Assembly (NCBI GenBank): GCA_031362565.1
Contig: JANLSU010000048.1
Span: 3,664-67,663 of the forward strand
Source: a bacterium
Lineage (GTDB): Bacteria > Krumholzibacteriota > Krumholzibacteriia > G020349025
Reading direction: 5' to 3'
Length of the DNA: 64,000 bases
The notes under the pieces were generated by a model. The model saw only the letters and a program-made list of their open reading frames with translations, had not been told where the DNA came from and searched no databases. Shown here piece after piece: positions 54,592-63,519 of this stretch (position 1 is its first letter; each line of letters starts with the position of its first letter). The position numbers were made by a program, and so were the translations under genes.

Positions 54592-54990
54592 ATGGTGCGT
54601 TGCGGGGTCGATCTAGTCGAGGTGGCGCGGGTGCGCGCCGCCATCGAAGCGCACGGCGAACGCCTGCTGGCGCGGGTCTTCACGGCCCGCGAGATCGCCT
54701 ATTGCGCCGCCCGGCGCGACCCGTTCCCCCACTATGCGGCGCGCTTCGCCCTCAAAGAAGCCTTCTACAAGTCGATCCCGTACGGCCACCTCGCGGCGCT
54801 CGTGTGGAAGGAAGCCGGACTCCAGCACGGACCCGGCGGGGCGCCCGAACTCGAGCTGCACGGCGCGACGCGTGACCAGCTCCACGGCTGGCAGTTCTCG
54901 GTGAGTGTGTCGCACACGCGCCGCCTGGCGATCGCCCAGGTGTTGGCGCAGCCGCCCGGCGTTTCGTTGTCATTGCACGATTTCGAATAG
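54592..54990 (+). CDS. acpS: Holo-ACP synthase (4-prime-phosphopantetheinyl transferase AcpS)
   Basis: MVRCGVDLVEVARV...FAAREIAYC-like and FALKEAFYK motifs. 132 aa. Start at the internal ATG of the long ORF-track frame. Confidence 0.75.
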   Translation: MVRCGVDLVEVARVRAAIEAHGERLLARVFTAREIAYCAARRDPFPHYAARFALKEAFYKSIPYGHLAALVWKEAGLQHGPGGAPELELHGATRDQLHGWQFSVSVSHTRRLAIAQVLAQPPGVSLSLHDFE

Positions 54991-55208
54991 GAACGATGCG
55001 GCGGTTATGCGTGCGCGGGTGCGCGTCATCGGGCGCGCTGAAGCCGGCTTCGATCAGCAACTGAACAACTAGCGAGCCGCAAACACCAGGTGCGACCAGC
55101 CCCCCTTTGAGATTCCAGCCGCCCCTTGGAGGAAGATCTCGGAATAGACGGGCGGGCGCCGTGGTTCCGAACAGGGGTTGGTCGCATTTGCTCCGAGAGC
55201 CTTTGAAA

Positions 55209-55679
55209 ATGAGGTGTGCCTTGAAATCAGCTGCCGTCGTGGTTCTTTTCGCTGCTGCGCTGGGAGTGGCTGGGTGCAAGAGTGACCCGGTACAGCCCAT
55301 CATCAACAACAACGGGCCGGTCGCACCGACAACAGTCCTACGGACTGGAACGTTGACCGCGGAGAACGGCACCCCCACCGCAGGTTCAGTTTCGGTCATC
55401 CGCGACGCAAACAACGACCAATGGGTCACGTTCGGATCAAATTTCACCTCGTCCTTCGCGACCGGAACCGTGACGGTTTATCTGGCGAAGGCTGCGTCGC
55501 GCATTGGCGATCAGCGCGTGCTCCCACCGCCTCCCGTACCGAACATCCTTGCGGCCGGTTTCGTGTCGTCGAACGGCGCTCAGGCGCTGAAGCTGCCGGC
55601 GTCGTCGACGGGCTTCGGCTACGTCGTGCTGTACTGCGAGACTGCGGAGATCAATTTTGGCAACGCGCCCCTCAACTAG
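55209..55679 (+). CDS. Hypothetical lipoprotein
   Basis: Start at internal MRCALKSAAVVVLFAAALGVAGC (lipobox). Thr/Gly-rich beta-type sequence with one further Cys. Confidence 0.5.
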   Translation: MRCALKSAAVVVLFAAALGVAGCKSDPVQPIINNNGPVAPTTVLRTGTLTAENGTPTAGSVSVIRDANNDQWVTFGSNFTSSFATGTVTVYLAKAASRIGDQRVLPPPPVPNILAAGFVSSNGAQALKLPASSTGFGYVVLYCETAEINFGNAPLN

Positions 55680-55695
55680 GGTGCTCGGACTGTCG

Positions 55696-56472
55696 ATGAA
55701 AAGAGTCCAACGATTGCTCCCGATGTTCATCGTGGCAAAAGCGGCGATGGCAGAAGGCGCGACGCTACCGGTTGATCACCGCATGTTCGATGAGCTCCTG
55801 CATCGATATGTCACGCCGGCAGGTGTCAGCTACCAGGACTGGTCGCAGCACCCCGAGGACATTCAGAAACTGCGCCGGTACTTGAGCGGACTCCAATCCG
55901 CAACCCCGTCGCAGATGGGAGCCGAGCCGGCGCTTGCCTACTGGATCAACCTCTACAACGCTGCGACACTGAACTTGGTGCTGGAGAAGTATCCCATCAA
56001 GAGCATCAAGGACATCGGGGCGCCATCATCGTCGCCTTGGGAAAAGACCGTGGCCACGGTCGAGGGGCGGCCACTCTCGCTCAGTCAAATCGAAAACGAC
56101 GTGATCCGGCCGAAATTTCACGCCGCTCGGAGCCATTTCGCGCTGAATTGCGCCGCCCGCGGTTGCCCACCGATTCGGCCGGAAGCCTACGTCGGTGAAC
56201 GCCTCCGCAGCCAGTTGGAGGATCAAACCAAGCGCTTCCTGGGTGACAGGAAGACGAACTTTGTCGACGCCACGGGGACGATTTGGCTGTCGAAGATCTT
56301 CGAGTGGTATGCAGCCGACTTCGAGGCGGCGAGTGGATCCGTCTGGGCGTTCGTAGCGCCGTATCTCGAGGGGTCCCCGGCGGGCGCAAGGAGCGCCTCG
56401 AAGTCGCCGTTGCGGTACACAGAATACGACTGGACTCTCAACGAGGCCACGAACAAGCCGCCAAAAGACTAG
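55696..56472 (+). CDS. DUF547-domain protein, secreted
   Basis: Signal MKRVQRLLPMFIVAKAAMA. LAYWINLYNAATLNLVLEKYP and FALNCAARGCPPI are typical of DUF547. Confidence 0.65.
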   Translation: MKRVQRLLPMFIVAKAAMAEGATLPVDHRMFDELLHRYVTPAGVSYQDWSQHPEDIQKLRRYLSGLQSATPSQMGAEPALAYWINLYNAATLNLVLEKYPIKSIKDIGAPSSSPWEKTVATVEGRPLSLSQIENDVIRPKFHAARSHFALNCAARGCPPIRPEAYVGERLRSQLEDQTKRFLGDRKTNFVDATGTIWLSKIFEWYAADFEAASGSVWAFVAPYLEGSPAGARSASKSPLRYTEYDWTLNEATNKPPKD

Positions 56473-56531
56473 GCGTGCGGATGCATTCGCGCGCAAGCTG
56501 CCGGAACACTTTGCAAACAAAGGCTGCATGA

Positions 56532-57380
56532 ATGAAACCGCTTGTTGCCCTGACGCTGGCTTGCAGCTTTCTCCTGCTCGGCGGCGAGGCCCACGCGGGT
56601 GGCGGCTGGGCAAGGCGGCCGCACTCCCTTTACGTGAAACTTGCGGCCACGACCTTGACTTCCGATGCCTTTCACATCAGCAACGGCACCGTCGTCCGAA
56701 CGGCGGACTTCAACACTCAGACCCTGCAGCTGTACGTTGAATACGGAGTCCTCAACCGGCTCTCGGCCGTCCTGGACGCGCCGGTCTTCAAACGCGCCGC
56801 CTACGTCACAGCAAGCTCCGCGAGTGGGATCGGTGACCTGGGGCTAACGCTGAAATACGCCATCCTGACCGGGCGATTCCCGGCGTCGTTGGGGATCGGC
56901 GCCGAATTTCCGACCGGAAACCGGCAGGCCTTTGGGGTCAACAAGAACAATCCCGAAGTGCGGATCGTCTTGCCGACCGGAGACGGTGAATTCAACACCT
57001 GGCTCCGCACTTATGTTTCGCATTCGTTTCACCTCTGGCCGGGGTTCGCGTCGATCGATGTCGGCTACAATCTTCGGACGATGGGCTTCACGAATCAATA
57101 TCAAGCCAACCTGCAGTTGGGTTACAAGGCATCGAACGCCGTCTGGGTGTTTGGCGACCTCCGTCGGTTTGCGACCGCGGGCACACCGCGAGGCGGTGCC
57201 GTATTCTCGTCCATCGGCATCGGCGAAGGCGTCGAATACACATCCTATGGCATGGGGCTCTCCGTCGAAGTGGCGCCACATACGGATCTGACGGGCAACG
57301 TCTCCGGTGGTCTGGGGAGGGCCAAGAACATCTATTCGGGGCTCAATCTCGGATTTGGCATCGCAGTCGATCTGCCATAA
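56532..57380 (+). CDS. Outer-membrane beta-barrel protein (putative small transporter/porin)
   Basis: Signal MKPLVALTLACSFLLLGGEAHA. Alternating amphipathic strands with Gly/Tyr/Asn-rich turns. Confidence 0.55.
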   Translation: MKPLVALTLACSFLLLGGEAHAGGGWARRPHSLYVKLAATTLTSDAFHISNGTVVRTADFNTQTLQLYVEYGVLNRLSAVLDAPVFKRAAYVTASSASGIGDLGLTLKYAILTGRFPASLGIGAEFPTGNRQAFGVNKNNPEVRIVLPTGDGEFNTWLRTYVSHSFHLWPGFASIDVGYNLRTMGFTNQYQANLQLGYKASNAVWVFGDLRRFATAGTPRGGAVFSSIGIGEGVEYTSYGMGLSVEVAPHTDLTGNVSGGLGRAKNIYSGLNLGFGIAVDLP

Positions 57381-57504
57381 TCGGCAGAGCGGCGGGAATT
57401 TCTGAGGACCGCCCGGGGTTCGGGAATGTGGTGACTGGTCGGCGTATTCACGGGCCACTCGGTTCACCGGTTTGCCGGCCCGGTAGGCCAACGCTCGAAG
57501 GGGA

Positions 57505-58389
57505 GTGATTCCGATGCACGGTCGTGTTCTTCGGTATGGTCTCGGCATCGCGCTCGTGGGATTTCTGATCTCCGGCGCCGCGAATGCCGCCCTCCTCGAG
57601 GGGCAGACCGCCCCCAACTTCACCAAGGACCAGCTCGATGCCCCTGCCCCGGCGGCGCGCTCCCTGTCCAACTACGCCGGCAAGGTCGTGGTGCTCTTCC
57701 TCCAGGGTTACAACTGACCCTTCTGCCTCACCGACGGTCCGTCGGTGCAGCAGGACATCTGGACGGCCTACAACAACTCTCACCCGGGACAGGTCCAGGT
57801 GATTGGCGTCGATCTCTACAACGGTACCGCCGCCCAGGAGCGGTCGTTCGGCAATGCCACGGGCGCGACGTATCCTCTACTCCTGCGGGGCGCCGACGGC
57901 GCGGCGGGCGTTGGAAACTTGAACACGCTGTATATGCCGACGTCGGGCGTCACTTACGACAACTACGTTGTGATCAACAAGCACGGCATCGTGCGATACC
58001 ACGCTGCGAACCGCTACGCGCACGGCAACCGGTACCACTTGAACGAGATCCGGGGGACAGTCGACTCGCTCGTGACGAACCCGACGGACGTTGGCGACGG
58101 GCCCGGCCCGCTCGGATGGTCGCTTCGTGTCACCCCGAGCCCGTTCCATGCCACGACCTCGATCGAGTTCGTGAACGATGGACCTGCAACAACGGCTCGC
58201 CTGCGCGTCTTCAACCTTGCGGGACGCGAGATCGCGGCTCGGTCCGCGAGCGCGGTGCCGCGGGGACCCGGCCACCTGTCGTGGGATGGGCGGGATACCG
58301 CCGGGAATCGGGTCGCCTCGGGCGTGTATCTGGTGCGAGTCGAGGTCGGAAGGGTCCGACTCACCAGTCGCGTGGTGTATCTCGAATGA
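57505..58389 (+). CDS. Predicted selenoprotein: exported TlpA/redoxin-like thiol:disulfide oxidoreductase with a U-P-F-C active site (in-frame TGA at 57715..57717) and a por_Secre_tail/FlgD-Ig C-terminal domain
   Basis: ORF-track frames 57505..57717 and 57745..58389 share one reading frame, separated only by a TGA. Read through, the sequence is ...GQTAPNFTKDQLDA...NYAGKVVVLFLQGYN-U-PFCLTDGPSVQQDIW...QVQVIGVDLYNG...YPLLLRGADG...DNYVVINKHGIVRY. This matches the redoxin pattern, with the TGA where the WCxxC N-terminal Cys would be. A hairpin lies 11 nt downstream of the TGA. The C-terminus LRVFNLAGREIA...SWDGRDTAGNRVASGVYLVRV matches the CTD. Confidence 0.6.
57729..57747 (+). promoter_or_regulatory. 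Candidate bacterial SECIS hairpin
   Basis: CACCGAC-ggucc-GUCGGUG (7-bp stem; the apical loop contains GGU). It starts exactly 11 nt 3-prime of the in-frame UGA, which is the canonical spacing for bacterial SECIS elements. Confidence 0.5.
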
Positions 58390-58958
58390 GACTGGCTGTC
58401 GCACGGATTGCAGCGGTTGTCGCGGCGGCCGTCACGATCCTTCTTGGAGTCGCAACCGGCTCCGTCGCGGGGCCGCTCGAAAAAAGACCGGCGCCCCGTT
58501 TCGAGGTCCGGAGCTTGAGTGGTGAACACCTGCGCTTGGTGGATCTCCTGGCGCACGGTCCGGTGCTCCTCGACTTTTGGGCCACCTGGTGTAAACCGTG
58601 CTTGGCGTCGCTCCCGGAACTCGAAAAGCTGCACCAGCGCTATCGCGCGCGCGGGCTCACCGTGCTCGGGATCTCCGTCGATGGACCTCGGAACTTCGTC
58701 AAGGTGAAACCCTTCGTCCAGAAACTTCACCTCACCTTCCCCGTCGCCCTCGACGAGGACGGCTCACTGCAAGCGAAGTACTCCGTTGGCGGCTACCCGA
58801 CGAGCGTGCTCATCGGGGCTGACGGTGCGGTGGATTTCCTCTTGGAGGGCTACCAGCCCGGTAACCTCGACGCGCTGGAAAAGAGGCTCCGGTCCCTGCT
58901 CGATGGGGGCGCAAGGGATTCCGCCGCGCAAGAATCGCCGCCGGATTCAACGCGATGA
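58386..58958 (+). CDS. TlpA-family thiol:disulfide oxidoreductase (canonical WCxxC)
   Basis: Signal anchor MRLAVARIAAVVAAAVTILLGVA. LLDFWATWCKPCLASLPEL. YGVGGYPTSVLI. The start overlaps the selenoprotein stop (ATGA). Confidence 0.75.
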   Translation: MRLAVARIAAVVAAAVTILLGVATGSVAGPLEKRPAPRFEVRSLSGEHLRLVDLLAHGPVLLDFWATWCKPCLASLPELEKLHQRYRARGLTVLGISVDGPRNFVKVKPFVQKLHLTFPVALDEDGSLQAKYSVGGYPTSVLIGADGAVDFLLEGYQPGNLDALEKRLRSLLDGGARDSAAQESPPDSTR

Positions 58959-60511
58959 CCCGCTGCGTTCGATGCCGAGTCGGGCGAGCGTTGCTCGCTT
59001 CCATGCTTGGAATTTTCACTCTTCTCGCCCCCAAGCCCGCACTCGCTCAGCTTTCGCTCTACAACCTGCTCGTGGGCCAGGCCGGCAACGAACCCTTCGC
59101 CACTCCGTCCGACCGGCTGTCGCTCTACGACCGGTTGCACGTCGATCTCGATCTCCCCAACGTACGCGCGGGGCTCCGTTGGGAAACCAATCGGAATAGC
59201 CTCGAACTCGATCCGTACGGCGCCGTGACGTTTCGCTACGTCGAGTTCACGGACAAGAGGGGCACGCTCCGCCTCGGAAATTTCTACACCATCCTGGGGC
59301 GGGGTATCGTGCACCGCTCGTTCGATTTGCCAGCGGTGGTTCTGGACCAGCCAGGCACCCAAGCCCGTTACGCCCCGTCGCGAGATGTCGACGGGGCGCT
59401 GGGCGAAGGCCGGCTAGGGCCTGTTGGAGCGCGCGGATTCGTGGGGCGACCGAGCGGTGGCGATGTCTCGCCGGCTTCGGGGGATGCGCGCTATGGAAAC
59501 CTCGAGGCCGGATCTGAGGTCGCTGCGGATCTGTGGCGGGGGACGCGGCTCGGCGCCACCTATCTCCGGGCTTCCGGGCCGGCCGGTTCGCGCTCGGAAC
59601 GAGGCTCAGGGTTCGTACAGGCGGATCTACTGCAGCTCTTCGGCACGAGTGTCGTGTCTCTGCCGTTGTACTTCGAGTATGCGCAGGTCGACGGCTCGCT
59701 CGGTGATTGGTTCCGATTCGACACCGCCGACGACGCGCCGCACGCGCTCTATGTTTCCAGCAGTTTGCTCGTAGACCCGATTAGTATCGCACTCGAATGG
59801 AAGGACTATCGGGGCTACCGTTTCGGCACCAACGATCCTCCCTCGCTCGTCCGCGAGCACTCCGAGCCACTCCTCAATCGGAACACGCACGTTCTGAACG
59901 CGGAGAGCGAGACGGGATACCAAGTCGAGGCTGTCGTGAACGCAACGCGCCAGCTCTCCTTCACCGGCAACCTGAGTCGGGCGGACGGCGACTTCGCGCG
60001 TCGCAGCTCACGCTTCCAGGAACGTTACTTGGAGGCCCACTGGGGCGCACTGGAGCCCGGGGGCTTGGAAGCCGGCGCTTTCTGGAGCAGCGGCCGGGAC
60101 CAGTTCGTGTTCATCCAGCGCCGCCGGATCACCGGCGCGGGCGTCGTCGTGCCGTTGCCCGCCAAAGTACAACTGACGGCGGAACTGGAGCGCCAGGCGG
60201 CGACTCGGACCCCCGAGGTGTCCTTTGTCGATCACTACGGTTCGCTCCAGTTGGCCCGCGGCAACGCAAGTTTGGCCGTGGTGTACGAGCGCTCCACCGA
60301 TCCAGAGCAGGAGGCCCCGGACGACGCCGCAAGCGCCGAAGTGAACCCGCGCCATTTTGTCGCGATGGTGGGTGGCGTGCGTCTCTCCGACCACCACAAC
60401 ATGACGCTGTTCGTCGGCGAGCGCCGCGGGGGACGCGCCTGCACGGCGGGCACTTGCTACGAGGTCCGTTCGTTCCGCGGCGCGGAACTCCGCCTCGTCT
60501 CCCGATTCTAG
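58955..60511 (+). CDS. Outer-membrane beta-barrel protein, hypothetical
   Basis: 518 aa with signal peptide ...LLAPKPALAQ. Ends LRLVSRF (C-terminal Phe). Its start overlaps the tlpA stop (ATGA). Confidence 0.55.
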   Translation: MTRCVRCRVGRALLASMLGIFTLLAPKPALAQLSLYNLLVGQAGNEPFATPSDRLSLYDRLHVDLDLPNVRAGLRWETNRNSLELDPYGAVTFRYVEFTDKRGTLRLGNFYTILGRGIVHRSFDLPAVVLDQPGTQARYAPSRDVDGALGEGRLGPVGARGFVGRPSGGDVSPASGDARYGNLEAGSEVAADLWRGTRLGATYLRASGPAGSRSERGSGFVQADLLQLFGTSVVSLPLYFEYAQVDGSLGDWFRFDTADDAPHALYVSSSLLVDPISIALEWKDYRGYRFGTNDPPSLVREHSEPLLNRNTHVLNAESETGYQVEAVVNATRQLSFTGNLSRADGDFARRSSRFQERYLEAHWGALEPGGLEAGAFWSSGRDQFVFIQRRRITGAGVVVPLPAKVQLTAELERQAATRTPEVSFVDHYGSLQLARGNASLAVVYERSTDPEQEAPDDAASAEVNPRHFVAMVGGVRLSDHHNMTLFVGERRGGRACTAGTCYEVRSFRGAELRLVSRF

Positions 60512-60539
60512 GCGCCCACTTCGACGCGCCTCGCCGGTC

Positions 60540-61097
60540 TCAGCTGATACGGCGGTTGTGCAAGACGGCTTCTTGCAGGTACGCGCCGCCCATGTCGGCG
60601 CCCTCTTGACCTTGCGGCGCTTGGGTTTCGCAGTAGGTCTTGAGGTTCGCGACACACGCTTCCCACTGCTTGAGCGCAACATCGTGGTAGCGCTCCCAGC
60701 GCGGGCCCGATTGGAACGCGGTGGCGCGGACGCGAACGATGGTCGGCTTTTGGCGTGGATCGTTCTTGGAGAACACGTCCACCTCGAGGCGTGTCGGCCC
60801 GAAGATTTCGCCCTTCGGCGTCAGCCAGTGCAGCGCGCCGAAGTACACGAAGTGTCCGCCCATCGATTTGTCGAGCACCCCGGCGAGCGTGCCGCCGGTC
60901 GGACCCAAAAGGTCGTCCTGCCCGAACGCGCCGGGTTCCCACTCGACCACGAACAAGCCGCCCGGCCGCGGTTGGACAACGGCGTTCTTGGCCTTCGCCC
61001 AAGTCTTGATCGCTTGTGCATCGAGAAATGCGAACAGCACCTGCATCGCCGGCGCATCGATGGTCGCACTGAGTTCGAACGAATCCTTCGGGGTCAT
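60540..61097 (-). CDS. SRPBCC/AHSA1-like (activator of Hsp90 ATPase homolog) domain protein
   Basis: 185 aa; MTPKDSFELSATIDAPAMQVLFAFLDAQAIKTW..., typical AHSA1/START-like. Confidence 0.55.
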   Translation of the reverse strand: MTPKDSFELSATIDAPAMQVLFAFLDAQAIKTWAKAKNAVVQPRPGGLFVVEWEPGAFGQDDLLGPTGGTLAGVLDKSMGGHFVYFGALHWLTPKGEIFGPTRLEVDVFSKNDPRQKPTIVRVRATAFQSGPRWERYHDVALKQWEACVANLKTYCETQAPQGQEGADMGGAYLQEAVLHNRRIS

Positions 61098-61159
61098 GCT
61101 CGAATCACCTCATGGTGGCGAAGCTTAGCCGACGGCCGGTGGGACGGACAACCCGGTCC

Positions 61160-61933
61160 TCACATGCCCATGATGTTGTAGCCGCAATCCACGTGCAGCG
61201 TCTCGCCGGTGATGCCGGCACTGTGATCGGAGAGCAAGAACAGCCCCGTGTGCGCCACATCGTCCATGGTGATGTTGCGCTGCAACGGTGATTTCTCGCG
61301 CGCGTGGGTCAGCATCGAATTGAAATCGCCGACGCCTTTGGCCGACAGCGTCTTGATCGGGCCCGCCGACAGCGCGTTGACGCGAATGTTCTGCGGCCCG
61401 AGATCGTTGGCCAGGTACCGCACGCTCGCCTCCAGGGCGGCCTTGGTGACGCCCATGATGTTGTAGTGCGGAATCACCTTTTCGGCGCCGAAATAGGTCA
61501 GAGTGATCATGGCGCCGCCGCCGCGCGCCGCCATGAGTGGTGCTGCGCCGCGTGCCATCGCCGTGAACGAATAGGCCCCGATGTCGAGCGCTTTGTGAAA
61601 GCCGCTACGCGACACGGTGTAATACGGCCCCACCAAGTCCTCTTTCTCGGCGTACGCCACGGCATGCACGAGCAAATCGATGCCGCCCATTTCCTTGCCG
61701 ATCACCTCGAAAAGGCGGTCGATGGCCGCGTCATCGGCGACGTCACAAGGCAGGACGAGCGGACTGTTCAGGGTCTCGGCCAGGCGCCGGACGCGCTCCT
61801 CGATTGCTCCGCCCTGATAGGTCACCGCCAGCGTCGCGCCCTCGGCGACGAGTTGCTGCGCAATCCCGTATGCCAGGCTGCGGTCGTTCGCGAGCCCCAA
61901 AACGAGCGCCTTTTTGCCCGCCACTGAACCCAT
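61160..61933 (-). CDS. fabI: Enoyl-[ACP] reductase (NADH) FabI
   Basis: GKKALVLGLANDRSLAYGIAQ; the Y...K catalytic dyad context YNIMGVTKAALE; 257 aa. Confidence 0.85.
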   Translation of the reverse strand: MGSVAGKKALVLGLANDRSLAYGIAQQLVAEGATLAVTYQGGAIEERVRRLAETLNSPLVLPCDVADDAAIDRLFEVIGKEMGGIDLLVHAVAYAEKEDLVGPYYTVSRSGFHKALDIGAYSFTAMARGAAPLMAARGGGAMITLTYFGAEKVIPHYNIMGVTKAALEASVRYLANDLGPQNIRVNALSAGPIKTLSAKGVGDFNSMLTHAREKSPLQRNITMDDVAHTGLFLLSDHSAGITGETLHVDCGYNIMGM

Positions 61934-62301
61934 CTTGGCCCCCCTCTTCGGTGCACCGGCCGCCGGCGGCCGAGGGCGCAGCGTAGGACGTCAGCCGGAG
62001 ACCACTCAATCGTTCTCTTTACGGGCCCGCAGATCGCCGCCACCCGTCCAGGCGGCGCAGGCTGGGTGCGGCTGTGGCCCGCAGCGCCGGCCTGCCCGCC
62101 AGCGCGGGCGACCTGCACGTGCGAACCCGTTTCCAGACGGCGCTCTCATACCGGGCTGGCCTTCTCGGGGTACCGCGGGGGTTCTCGACAGGCGGAAGGG
62201 GCCGCGGGCGCCGCGATGCCGGACCACAGGCCATGCGGCGCCGCGACCGGCCGCGACGGACCCCCGTGCTCCAGATGGCATGTCCGGTGCAGACCTGGGG
62301 C

Positions 62302-63474
62302 ATGAACCGACGCATCCAGACTCACGTAACGGGACCGCCGTGGCACGACACGCCACCGACGCCCGATGCCCACCGCCGACGCCGGCCCGGCACCCGAGCC
62401 GTGCGCCGGAGCGCGCTCGTGTGCGGCGCTCTGATGGCGACGGTGGCGTTGGGGAGCCGTATTCCGCTGTGGCTCCGAAGCCACGTCGCGGCGGTTTCGA
62501 ACCCGCCGGCGAATGTCGTTGCCGAGCCACTCGACGCCTTACTACGCGGCGTCGAAGCCGCGGCGGATTCGGGCGCCACCGGCGACGTCGCGGCGCGCTG
62601 TGAAGCCATCGTCAACGGTTATCCGGAGCATCCGGTCGTGGAGCCGGCGCTGTTGCGTTTGGTGCAAGCGCGGATTCGCATGGCCGACGAGCGCGGTGCG
62701 CGGGCGGCATTTCAGATGTTGCGCGCCCGCTTCCCGCACAGCCGCTTGTTGTCCGAGGCACTCGTCGATATGGCGAGCTGGCGCTACGAGCAGCGCGACT
62801 ACCATGGCGCAGCGAATGCCTACACGGATCTCGTCGCACTCGTGACGAGCGCCGACGGTTCGGCGGCGGGCGAAGACACCGCACCGCCACCGGTCATCTG
62901 GCGCTCCAAGAGCCTGTGGAACGAGCACAAGCGCGCCGAGCGCAGCCGCACTGAACTCGAACGCCTGGCGCGTTTCAACCAGGCGCTGAGCTATGAGAAC
63001 GCCGGCGACCGGGATTCGGCGCTGCGCGCCTTTGAGCGTTTCCTGTCGCGTTTCCCGCAGGATGCGTGCGTTCCCGAAGCGCGCTTTCGGATGGCGGGTC
63101 TGTTGCTCGAAGAGGAGCGCAGCGACGAAGCGCTCGCCGCCTACCGCGAAGTCTATGAAGATCCGCTCGCCGCGGTGGCGTTCCGTTGCGAGAGTCTCTA
63201 CCGCGCCGGACGCCAGTACGAAGCGACGCGCCGCTTCGAAGAAGCGATCGCGACGTTGCGCCTCGTGCTGCCGCTGCAGCCGGCCGACAACGAGTTCCGG
63301 CTTGCATCGCTCGGTGAACTGGCGCCGCTCCTCGAGTCACGTGACCCCGCCCGGGCGCTGGCGATCTACCGTGAACTCGCGCTGTCGAACGCCGCGCCGA
63401 GCGTGCGGGCGGTGGCCGCGCAACGCCTTGCGACGCTCGAAGGCACGGCGTCGGTGGCGGCCGCGCCGCACTGA
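62302..63474 (+). CDS. TPR-repeat protein (putative periplasmic/membrane-anchored)
   Basis: Hydrophobic segment ALVCGALMATVALGS followed by TPR-like helices (ALLRLVQARIRMADERGARAAFQML..., ALSYENAGDRDSALRAFERFL...). The start codon is uncertain; the ORF-track N-terminus is Arg/Gly-rich. Confidence 0.5.
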   Translation: MNRRIQTHVTGPPWHDTPPTPDAHRRRRPGTRAVRRSALVCGALMATVALGSRIPLWLRSHVAAVSNPPANVVAEPLDALLRGVEAAADSGATGDVAARCEAIVNGYPEHPVVEPALLRLVQARIRMADERGARAAFQMLRARFPHSRLLSEALVDMASWRYEQRDYHGAANAYTDLVALVTSADGSAAGEDTAPPPVIWRSKSLWNEHKRAERSRTELERLARFNQALSYENAGDRDSALRAFERFLSRFPQDACVPEARFRMAGLLLEEERSDEALAAYREVYEDPLAAVAFRCESLYRAGRQYEATRRFEEAIATLRLVLPLQPADNEFRLASLGELAPLLESRDPARALAIYRELALSNAAPSVRAVAAQRLATLEGTASVAAAPH

Positions 63475-63519
63475 ACGAGGCCGGTTGCGGCCCCCGGACC
63501 CTGGCGATAGAGTGTCGCC

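Noticed and set aside
57715-57717. Reading the TGA as a genuine stop (two separate genes) or as a sequencing error/pseudogene
   Set aside because: The two halves form one continuous redoxin domain in a single frame. The TGA sits at the catalytic Cys position, and a hairpin lies at the canonical 11-nt SECIS spacing. Selenocysteine is the more economical explanation, though absence of Sec machinery elsewhere would overturn it.
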